Source: a bacterium (GTDB taxonomy: Bacteria > Bacteroidota > Rhodothermia > Balneolales > M1805). From it: 64,000 bases of DNA. A program made the position numbers and the translations under genes. This document shows, one piece after another, positions 29,310 through 39,400 of the stretch. Position 1 is the stretch's first letter; the number at the start of each line of letters is the position of its first letter. The stretch spans positions 23,202-87,201 of the forward strand of contig SBGQ01000129.1 of assembly GCA_006226965.1 (NCBI GenBank). The letters are read 5' to 3'. Under the pieces are notes generated by a model, which ran no database searches, was not told the origin of the DNA, and was given only the letters and a program-made list of their open reading frames with translations.

Positions 29310-29478
29310 AAAAGCGACAACAATTAAATACTAAACGATGATTTTTTAGTGTTTTTTTTCTGATTTTTTCCGGCAATGAAATATCTATAATCTATTACGC
29401 GACAATTGCTTACAAAAATCAACCACTTAGAAGAGTGTTAATTTTTAGAAATTAATATTTCGGGCGAAGATATTTGAT

Positions 29479-32400
29479 TTAATTTTCTACCTGAACGGTA
29501 AACGTTACAGTTCCTGAACCGCCGGATTCAAGAACTCCTCCAAAAGTCCAAGTGATTATTCCCGAAGTCCCAACACTTGGCGAAACCGTTACACAATTTG
29601 TCAAACTATTAGGAAGTGCTCCATATCCCACAGAGACAAATGTAGTATATGAAGGTGTAGCGTCTCGAATTACAATTGTATTTAAACTTCCCGAACTTAC
29701 ATTTGTATAAGTAACGGTGTATGTTATTTGCTCACCCGGCAATGCCGTGGCTTTGTTTGTTGTTTTCACCAATTCCAAACCGGCACTAGATGACAAATTC
29801 ACGGAAATCTTATCTTGATTGGTGTAATCTAAAACCACCACTGGCGAAGTTCCGCTTAATGAGTGTGAAACATCCACATCAACCAAAGCTGAACCACCGA
29901 TAGGGGCATTTGATGGAATTGAAACTTTCAAAATAAGTGCAACAACTTGGTCTGTTATCACACTACTTGTTCCGCTATAAACACCTTCCCCCGAATCCAG
30001 AACTCCATTGGCATTAGTATCGGTATATAAAATTGCGCTCCACCCTGCCATATTTGGATCCGGAGTAATTGTTGTTGTAATTGATATCGAACCTGGAGAG
30101 TTTGCAGTGAACTGATGCGGGATAAACACCGCAGTACCAGGAAGCGATTCTTTCTGCATCCCAATTTCAAGTCGGGATTTTGTAACAATTCCTAAGACAG
30201 AACCTGTGTAGGAAGTACCAGAGCTAACGGTAAACGACAGCTTAGTGTTTGGCAAGTCCATTGTACCTGAAGTTGTTCCAACATTTGAAGAAACAGGAAC
30301 AGTTCCGTTAGGTATTGAGCTAATTACTTTTACTGATGTCCCATTATAAGTATGAGGTATCCACAAAGTCACAGAGCCGTCACCATTTGTATGCTGTTCG
30401 TCAATAGTGGTGAGTTCATCTGACGTTGTTAATGCAATTTGGATGGCATCTACACCTAATTCGGTAGCTTCTTTTACAGCATTATATGCAGTAGCGCCAC
30501 TTTTTCCGTTGTCACGAAATACAGTGTAGCTCATTTTCGAACCGTTGTACAAACCAAAATTGATTCCTGTTAATTCGTAACTATTTACGATTAAGCTTGA
30601 AACTTGCAGATTTCTTTCTGTAGCAATCCAGCTTGTAGGTGATGTTGCCGTAACATCTGCGTCTAAATTATTCGTATCAACAATTAAGGAATAGGTGCCG
30701 GGTGAAACATTTGAAAAGCTAAATATTCCGGTTACAATGTCAACAGTAGCCTTATCTACGGTTACACCTGTTTGTATCAACTTTACGTATAACGTTTGCC
30801 CCGTTCCTGTTTCATCAAATTCCCGATTTGAGTTATGATTCGCATCTGAATACACTGAACCTGACAATGGATATCCACCGCTTCTAAAGTCCAAATCACC
30901 AGTGCCATCAGAGTTTGATAGCGTTACTGATGGATTGTTAACTCCTGCATTTGCAGGACCAAAAGTTGCATCATTTGAATCTATTGAATCATCTAATCCA
31001 TCATTATCCGCATCAGTTCCGCTTAAAGCAGCTAAACCGGATTCATTCACATCTAATAAAGAATCATTATCGGAATCGGTATCTAAATAATCAGGTGTTG
31101 TATCCGAATCTGTATCGACAGGACTTATATATGTTCCGCCATTATCCGCATCAAAACTATCATCTAAGCCATCATTATCCGTATCAGTTCCTGCTAAATT
31201 GATATAACCAGCTGTTGTTTGTGCTTCAATGATATCCGGAATTCCATCTCCATCGGAGTCCAAATCTCTAAAATTGGGTATTCCGTCGGCATCAGTTTGT
31301 GTAGTCCCTTCCACTGAATCTCGAATTCCGTCTCCATCTGAATCTAAATCCAAATAATCTACATGTCCGTCACCGTCGGTATCAACAACAACAATAAATG
31401 CACCGCCATTATTCGGGTCATAGGCATTATCTAAACCATCGCCGTCGGTATCTGAACCGCTTGCTGCCACAAAAGCTGAGGTTGATTGCGCTTCTACATT
31501 ATCTGAAATCGAATCGTTATCTGAATCGGTATCGCGATAATTAGGAATTCCGTCACCATCAAAGTCAGTTGTTCCTTCTACCGAATCACGAATTCCATCG
31601 CCATCAGAATCACTGTCTAAGTAGTCGGCGATTCCATCACCATCGGTAGAAACCGGAGTTAAATAGGTTCCGCCATTATCCGGGTCATAAGCATTATCTA
31701 AACCATCGCCGTCGGTATCTGAACCACTTGCCGCAATATAACCGGCTACGGTTTGGGCTTCGATATTGTCTAAAATTCCATCTCCGTCGGAATCCGTATC
31801 TCTAAAATTGGGTTGCGCATCTCCATCCTGATTGTTATTTAATTCGATTGAGTCACGAATACCGTCATTATCAGAATCTATATCTAAGTAATCATATTTA
31901 CCGTCGCTGTCGGTATCAACTAAAATTATGTAAACGCCACCGTTATCAGGGTCGTACGCATCATCTAAACCATCGCCGTCTGTATCGTTTCCGCTTGGCG
32001 CAACGTAAGCAGCCGTTGACTGTGCTTCAATATTATCGGGAATACCATCGCCGTCGGAATCGGTATCTCTATAGTTTGGAATACCGTCGCCGTCAAAATC
32101 CGCGGTTCCTTCTACCGAATCACGAATACCGTCACCATCAGAATCTAAATCGAGATAATCGTCTAAGCCGTCACCGTCGGTATCAATCAAAACGATATAC
32201 GTTCCGCCGTTATCAGGGTCATAGGTGTTATCTAAACCATCAGCATCGGTATCAACACCCGAAGGTGCAACGAATGCCGCAACAGATTGTGCTTCAATGT
32301 TATCGGAAATACCGTCACCATCAGAATCTAAGTCTAAGCGGTTTACAATTGTATCTCCGTCCTGATCATTATCTTCGGTTTCGTCCACATCTAAAATACC

Positions 32401-33483
32401 GTCATCGTCATCATCAATATCTAAGTAATCGGCAATTCCGTCGCCGTCAGAATCCTGAATGGTACTGAAAGGTTCTGAAATCGACATGGGAACTGAAAAC
32501 GCTAATAAATCTTCCCAAGTGGTATTTAAATCTCCGTTTTTATCATGAACACCACCAAAATCACCGTTTAATGAGTTTGCTTGTGTCGCCGTTACAGCGA
32601 TATACCTTACCAAGGTGTTGATGGTAATATTGATTCCTTTCTCAATAGCCAGAAAGTTTTTCAAATGTGTCCATGGAATAGATGTACTTACTAATACATC
32701 TGTTTGACCATCTGCATCGAGATCGTAATTTGTGGATTCGGCATAGGTTGTTGCTGATGCAAAAACTACTGCCCAATTATACGATGCATACGGTGTATTT
32801 ACAGTATTTCGCGTGTATGTAAAACTCGATGTACTTGGAGAGTCATTTGCACCCGTTCCTGTTCCTACTACTTCGGTTCGTTTTGTACCTGCTCCGCCAT
32901 CAAACGAAATAAAACAATCTAAAACACCATCGGAGTTTGCATCGACACCTACTAAGGTATAAATCGTAATTCTAGGAGGCGTTCCTCCGCCCGTTCCTTC
33001 AGCACCCAATCTCCAACGAACAGAAATTACGTCATCAGAATCATTGGCTTCACCTGCTGTTCCGCCATCATAGTAATGGAAATAAATTAAGGGGTCGGTT
33101 ACGTTTCCAACTAAATCCACGTCTTTTCTGTTGGACTGAGTGTCATCGTAAGGGTCGAAATTGGCACCGTTTAAGATGGGAAACCAATCAGCTGTGCTTC
33201 CCGATAGGTTTACCGGAGTTGAAGCCAAAGCCATGGGCGCAAAAAATGACTCCGGAGTAATATTCAACAACTCTTTTTGTCCGGCATGATTCCATCCGGC
33301 TAAGGTAAATGCCATAAGCATGGTATCATCCATATTATTATAGTTGATACTCTTTTCATGCATTTCACCGGCATTCATCAGCAACATTAAAGCAAAAGCG
33401 ACATTCCACTTAAGTTTAAACCGAGGTTTATGTTGTGTTCTTTTTTTCATCAATACATTCCCTTTTGCCATTATCTCCACCAT
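29479..33483 (-). CDS. Giant secreted protein: unknown N-domain, thrombospondin type-3 Ca-binding repeat array, SdrD-B/prealbumin-like Ig modules, C-terminal DUF11 domain
   Basis: It contains dozens of DxDxDGxxDxxD motifs and an SdrD-B-like segment (GSVYSDANHNSNREFDETG...GTYSL). The terminal DUF11 motif is LPGEQITYTVTYTNVS...IRDATPSYTTF...GSGTVTFTVQVEN. The likely true start is MKKRTQ at 33450. Confidence 0.8.
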   Translation of the reverse strand: MVEIMAKGNVLMKKRTQHKPRFKLKWNVAFALMLLMNAGEMHEKSINYNNMDDTMLMAFTLAGWNHAGQKELLNITPESFFAPMALASTPVNLSGSTADWFPILNGANFDPYDDTQSNRKDVDLVGNVTDPLIYFHYYDGGTAGEANDSDDVISVRWRLGAEGTGGGTPPRITIYTLVGVDANSDGVLDCFISFDGGAGTKRTEVVGTGTGANDSPSTSSFTYTRNTVNTPYASYNWAVVFASATTYAESTNYDLDADGQTDVLVSTSIPWTHLKNFLAIEKGINITINTLVRYIAVTATQANSLNGDFGGVHDKNGDLNTTWEDLLAFSVPMSISEPFSTIQDSDGDGIADYLDIDDDDDGILDVDETEDNDQDGDTIVNRLDLDSDGDGISDNIEAQSVAAFVAPSGVDTDADGLDNTYDPDNGGTYIVLIDTDGDGLDDYLDLDSDGDGIRDSVEGTADFDGDGIPNYRDTDSDGDGIPDNIEAQSTAAYVAPSGNDTDGDGLDDAYDPDNGGVYIILVDTDSDGKYDYLDIDSDNDGIRDSIELNNNQDGDAQPNFRDTDSDGDGILDNIEAQTVAGYIAASGSDTDGDGLDNAYDPDNGGTYLTPVSTDGDGIADYLDSDSDGDGIRDSVEGTTDFDGDGIPNYRDTDSDNDSISDNVEAQSTSAFVAASGSDTDGDGLDNAYDPNNGGAFIVVVDTDGDGHVDYLDLDSDGDGIRDSVEGTTQTDADGIPNFRDLDSDGDGIPDIIEAQTTAGYINLAGTDTDNDGLDDSFDADNGGTYISPVDTDSDTTPDYLDTDSDNDSLLDVNESGLAALSGTDADNDGLDDSIDSNDATFGPANAGVNNPSVTLSNSDGTGDLDFRSGGYPLSGSVYSDANHNSNREFDETGTGQTLYVKLIQTGVTVDKATVDIVTGIFSFSNVSPGTYSLIVDTNNLDADVTATSPTSWIATERNLQVSSLIVNSYELTGINFGLYNGSKMSYTVFRDNGKSGATAYNAVKEATELGVDAIQIALTTSDELTTIDEQHTNGDGSVTLWIPHTYNGTSVKVISSIPNGTVPVSSNVGTTSGTMDLPNTKLSFTVSSGTSYTGSVLGIVTKSRLEIGMQKESLPGTAVFIPHQFTANSPGSISITTTITPDPNMAGWSAILYTDTNANGVLDSGEGVYSGTSSVITDQVVALILKVSIPSNAPIGGSALVDVDVSHSLSGTSPVVVLDYTNQDKISVNLSSSAGLELVKTTNKATALPGEQITYTVTYTNVSSGSLNTIVIRDATPSYTTFVSVGYGALPNSLTNCVTVSPSVGTSGIITWTFGGVLESGGSGTVTFTVQVEN
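30994..32328 (-). repeat. Five tandem 267-bp (89-aa) coding repeats of TSP3-type calcium-binding motifs
   Basis: Repeat starts (DSDGDG/DSDNDS) fall at aa 386, 475, 564, 653 and 742, an exact 89-aa period. The unit reads DSDGDGIxDNIEAQxxAxxVAxSGxDTDGDGLDNAYDPDNGGxYIxxVDTDGDGxxDYLDxDSDGDGIRDSVEGTxDFDGDGIPNYRDT. Confidence 0.85.
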
Positions 33484-36400
33484 CTCGGCTTAATGTCGTA
33501 TGTCTGTTGAATCACTTTTACGTTTTCAACATTTTTTATTTCTATATCAACACGTCTGTTTGAAGCTCTGTCCATTTCTGTGGTTTCAGGAGCATTTACA
33601 TCACGACGAACATCCAATAACATTCTTCCGGGATGAATTCCTTTTGATTTCAGGAATTCGAATACCACATTGGTTCTTTTCCAAGCCATTTCGTTGTTTC
33701 TGTTTAGGCTTGTATTAGAATCGGAACCACCGGTTAACAATAATTCAGCGTCTGGGTGTGCTTTTAAGAACATTACCAAACGCATTAAAATAGCTTGCGA
33801 TTTGTGGTCGAGTTTATCACTCGCAAATGCGAAGTGAACGGCATTGGCCACATACGGTAATGAACGCAACGGAGATTGTAGTATCGGTAAATCGTTTCTT
33901 TCGTTTTGGATTTCAACCATGCGATACAATTCTTGCGGAATGTAGCCTACTTTTTCGCCTGCTAAATCATCGTTTTGTTCAAGAATTTCTAAATCGTCCG
34001 GTGGCATATACGAGAAGAATATCGCAGAATGAATAGCAGAAGCGCCGTATTGACGTTCATCATATCTGTTCGATCTTCTGAATTCGAATTGCATACGCTC
34101 TGCCGGAACACCTGCATCTTCTAAGTAGGTAATTACAGCTTTTGCCCGTTCAGTTACTAAGGTTTCGCCTGATTTATCATAACCAAACACCACTAAATTC
34201 ACTTCTGTTTTTAATTTTAAAATGGCTGCAATTCTAGCCAACAGAAGTTTATTCAAATCAGATAATTCTGAATTATTCATTTTAAAGTGAACACGATCGG
34301 CAACTGAATTTAATTCGGTTGATAAGAGGTAATTCCAGAATTTCGCAAAAGCCAATTCGCGTTTTTCGATTTGTAAGTCTTCTACCTGAGTTACTAAATC
34401 TACATCAGCACCTTGAAAATTTACCCCAAATTCAACACGTCTGTTTTCTGCTTCGTGTACTATATTAGTTTCTTTTGCAATACGTAATTCTGTTTTCCCT
34501 TTAGGGTCTAAGATGATTCGGGTTGAATCCACACCAGTTGCTATTAAATAGGCTTTTACAGCTTCTGCTCTTCTCATAGATAAATAGTAGTTATAAGAAG
34601 TTGTGTTTCTGGAATCCGTGTGTCCGGCAAGGTTTATAGTTGCATTGTCTTTTTGATGCATGAACCAAGCCATTCTGTTAATCATTGTAGCGGAGATTTC
34701 AGAAATGGCAGCTTTATTCAATCCGAAGTGAACATCTTTTGGCAATACAAAACGCTCACGTAAAATTGCAGGAGTAGGAACTGTAGCAATGAGTGAAGGA
34801 ATAACAGGTTTTGGCATTTCGAATGATGGAACATCACAACCACAATCCAAATCTGGGTAATCGGCTGGTTTAGACTTTGTAACGCGGAAAATTTCTTGCT
34901 CGTCAAATTTGTAGTGTAAACTCACATAAACACCATGAGCCGTAAAATCAGCACTTGCTAAATCTTGATCTCTATACCCTAAGAAGTTGTAACCCGTTAC
35001 CAATCTCAAGTTTCTTGCAACAATAAATCCTACTTCAGCGCCTATTCCTAATTGATTTGAAGTAAATGATTCGTTTGTTAATAAAGCTGTAGAAGCGCCG
35101 ACATCAAAACGACGAGATAAATCGTAGGTAGCACGCAATCCTAATAATTGTAAAAATGACTGACTTTCGAAATTATTCGAAGTTTCGGAAGCTAATTTTC
35201 CTGCCCAACGTGCAGTCAGATAAAACGGATCGTTTGGCTGCCAGTTTATATGAGAAGAAACCATGTGAACGGAACGCTCTAAACCGTCATTGAAACCATT
35301 GTTTTGCTCAAAAATGTATTCGTAACGTCCCAAAGCATTCCAACGAGATTGCTCAGATTCACGATACGCAAAACCGGCTCTTAAACGCTCAAGAATGCGA
35401 TCTGTTGACCCACCTTTTGTAAGAGCCATGGTATTTTTTCCTAAGAATGACCATTGGTCGGATAATCGGTGCGCATATCCTAATGAAGAGATATAACTGT
35501 TTTCTTGTTTTGAGAATCTCGTTTCAATACGTCCTGATGCTTTCCAGTTCGGATTTGCGGTGTAATCTAAGCCTAATGAAATTGACGTCCCTTCATTCAC
35601 GGCAACCCCGGCAATACTAAATACACGTTCTAAACCTGCTGTTAATCCTAAACCTTCACGCAACATAAATTGATTACGAACACCCATTGAAGCCTGAGTC
35701 GTTCTTCCGTCGAATGCATCGCGTGAACGATATTCAGTATATACACGTCCGTTTCGCATATAACCGGCATCAATACCTACAACGGTATTATTTTGTTGTT
35801 GTTGATCATTGAGAGAATAACGACCGGTTAAGCTGGATAAAAACTCATGACGTGCATATAAGCGTCCGCGAGCACCTAAGGTATAATCAGCACCGAGAGC
35901 TGCAATTCTTCTTTCAATTGATGCTAAACTTTGCTCGTATTCGCCATACACTTCGGCAGAGGTAAGGAATGGTAAACGAGAAATCAATTTACTGCGAACA
36001 CTACCTTGCTCAGTTGACGGAGCCGAACCTTTTTGGTCGTCTTTCATGTAACGAACGCCCAATTCAGCTTGTAAACCGTAAGCAAAACCACGTTGTACGT
36101 TTAACATAGCACCTTGGCGAACAGCGCCGGTTGTGTCGTTAGTAGATAATAAAGCTTCTGTTTGAAGAGTAGTTTTAGAACCTAAACGAACTGTTCCGCG
36201 CATTCCTGCTTCAGTTCTTGCACCGCCCAGCATACTAAACGGATTCACAAAATCTTCAGACGTTTTACCTGCAAAAACACGTCCGTTAAATACATTTCCC
36301 TGATGTTTGTACTCAACTCTTGCTCCGTAACCCTCACCTTTCGAATCTTTATCCGTGCGGGCAACTTCTGTTACTAATGTTCCTGATTCTCCTAGTTTGA

Positions 36401-39400
36401 TGCTTGAGTTTGCACTCACTAAGTTATAGGAATCTGCCGGATCCAGATCCACGTGTGCAGTTGCACCTACTTCGATATTATCGGTTACTTTTGCCTGAGC
36501 ATCGGTTGTTGCAACTACGAATTTTTCGAGTGTTTCTTCTGTTTCGTACGAAATTCTGATAAATCTCGGATTTAAATCTTCATCTAAACTGAAAACCGGA
36601 GCATTAAAGAAAATGTGTCCTGTAAATTGCTCTAAGGTGTAATCACGGAAACGAAACATCGTTTTAGAGTCAATAATTACATCAGGTTGATTTCTGTCTC
36701 TGGTAATAATTTCGATTCGTTCGCTGTTTTCGCGAACGTTTTCATGTTGTAATCGATAAGGGCCTGAAATTCCCAATGCAGGAAGTTCTTCAATTACCTG
36801 ACGAGAATCAGCTAAACTGACAGATGCATTTGCTTTGATTTTTGATGTTTCGTAATGCCCTTTAACACCAGTTAAATTTCTGTTGAACTGACCCAAATTT
36901 CTAGCCGGAGATTGATCCATCGTGTTAAAATCTCCGTACATGGCAAAATGTTTGTTTTTATCAACACGAACAAAAAGACGACCGGAAGACTGCGCATCGA
37001 AACCTTTTACGGAAGCATCACCATAAATAGGATAATATTCGTCCGGTTTAATATCGCGGAACATGCTTCTGTCTTCTTTTTCAGAATCGAAAGAAGCCGT
37101 TAATAAATAACTGCCTAAGATTTTACCCTTAATAAAGAAAGCCGTTCTTGCTGATGCACTGAAATTATCTGAACCTGCATTTAAGCCGCGCAATTCTTCT
37201 TCAAAAACATCACTTTGGTTTACTGCATCAATGCGGAAACCATTTTTAAGGCGAAGCGCACCTTCAATAATACCAGCTGCAATTAAAGGACGTAAGTTTG
37301 GTGTAAAGTGAATTTCTGAGCTCGATTTCAGATTACCTGATTTTACGACAACTTTACCAACTCCGGGTTCTAAAGGCGCTTCAACAAAAGCAAATCCGAC
37401 ACCGCCTTCAATAAATTGTTGTGTTCCGGCTTCAATTTCGTTCAAATCTTGTGTAAGCAATTGTCCGACTTCTATATCTAATGTGATCGGAGTTCTGGAT
37501 TTAACTAAAATGCCGTTTTTGTCAAACGCTTCAATTTTAATTTCTGCAACGGTTTTACCGTCAGCCGGAATCACTTCATTTAAAACAGTAATAGCGAAAT
37601 GGTCAACTAAACCCGGAGCAAAAACGTGAATTATTTCTTCACCGCGTTTATTTCCGAATGGGTCAAATACCTGAACTGTGATTTCATTTTTTCCCTCGTT
37701 TAATTCGATACCTACATATTCCCAACCTTCAACAGTAGGAGAATTCGCTTTAATACCAATTCTGGATTCAGGAATTTCAATACCATTTACAAAAAGCATG
37801 AACTTACTACCGACAGCGCCTTTAACCATTACATTTGTAATTGGAGTATTTAATGAATCGCCGTCGTTTAAGTTTAAGTAACCCAATTCTTTATCAGCGA
37901 TTGACAGTAAGTCTTCCAAGGAAGCATCTGTAGTTTCTACAGATAAAGTTTTCCAATACGAATTTGATTCCACTTTTTTGATTATCGGCTTATATGCTGT
38001 TGGATTTGCGACATCATTCGCTTTCGAACCGACAATACCAGAACTTGGTAAGGCTTTGTTTTCACGATTATCTCTGCGAATTTGAGCATCCATTCTGGAT
38101 TTTAACCCAAGAGCTAATTCCGACGGCAAATCGGTCATTTTCGTAAAACGAGCTCTGATTTCTGGTAAAATATCTTGCGTGTCGTCACAAATAGCGAAAT
38201 CGGCTTTATGTAATTCTCCTTTTTGTAAATCCACAAAACGGGAAGAAGCATCGAAAGCGTGACGGTTATCTAATACTTCTAAACCGCCACCGATTGGTAT
38301 TGTAGTAACATCTAATTTTAACACATGGCGTTTTGGAGATACACCATAGAAACTGTATTTACCTAAAGCATCGGTTTCAATATAGTTACCATTTTCCATG
38401 TAAATGCGCACATTGGGTACGCCCGGTTCGCCGACATCCTGAATTTTGTTTTTGTTTTTATCGTAGAACACTTTACCGATGATGTACGCATCGTCATCAA
38501 AAACACCTTTATCTACGCGGACAGTTACATCGGCTTCGTTTGAAATTTTATCAATTAATTCATCTGCTGTTGCCACAGCTACGTTTTTACCGTCGCTGCT
38601 AATCGCTGCTGATGTTGCCTGTAAACGGTATGTGAGCGATTTTACTTCTCCAACTTCTAAATTGCCAATTGAGAATTCTAAAATCGGGCCTCTGCCACCT
38701 GTCGGGTCTGTAATGGTAGAATCATCAAGCTGAGCGCTTCCTTTTATATAAGCAAAACCATAAGGCAAGTTATCAGTAACCAATACATTCGTAATATCAT
38801 TTTGAATGAGGTTGCTCACTTTAATTTCGTAATTCACAAATCCGCCCAAATCAACCCATTCGCGATCGGCTTCTTTTTCCATATTCATGGCTAATAAACC
38901 ATTTACATCCAACGGAATATCAAAACGTGCCGGACCATTCGGCGCTGAAATCGTAAATTCACGTCCCCAAGAACCGTCTGTCTCAATATTTCTGCCTTGA
39001 GGTAACACCGCTGCACTTAATTGAGACGGGAAGTTATATTGTGCGGGAGAAACGATTTCAATTCGGTATTTACCAGTATTCAAATATGGGAATGTAAATT
39101 CGCCATTTGCTTCTGTTGTGATTTCGTTCGGAAGGGTTTCAATACCTTTCGAATCGAATACTTGTGCAGGAACTCCTTCGCTAGAGTTTGTAACGTCTAA
39201 AATTCTTACTAAAGCACCCGGAATTGGTCTGTTTGATTCTGAATCGAATACTACACCAACCGGATTTACATAAACTCTTGCAATTACTCGAGCTGTAGCA
39301 CCACTTCTGCCACAGTTCAATAATTCGGCAACCAACTCATCGTTTTGAGTTGTTTCTAAGATTTGGTTTTGTTGAATAACAGGGAAATCCAAATAATTCC

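Noticed and set aside
30902-32468. Plus-strand ORFs (30902-31090, 30951-31202, 31848-32468) that translate to His/Tyr/Arg/Gln-rich low-complexity peptides.
   Set aside because: They lie antisense to the TSP3 repeat array of the 1334-aa gene. The periodic GAT/GAC-rich coding strand simply lacks stop codons on the opposite strand. There are no motifs and the composition is implausible.
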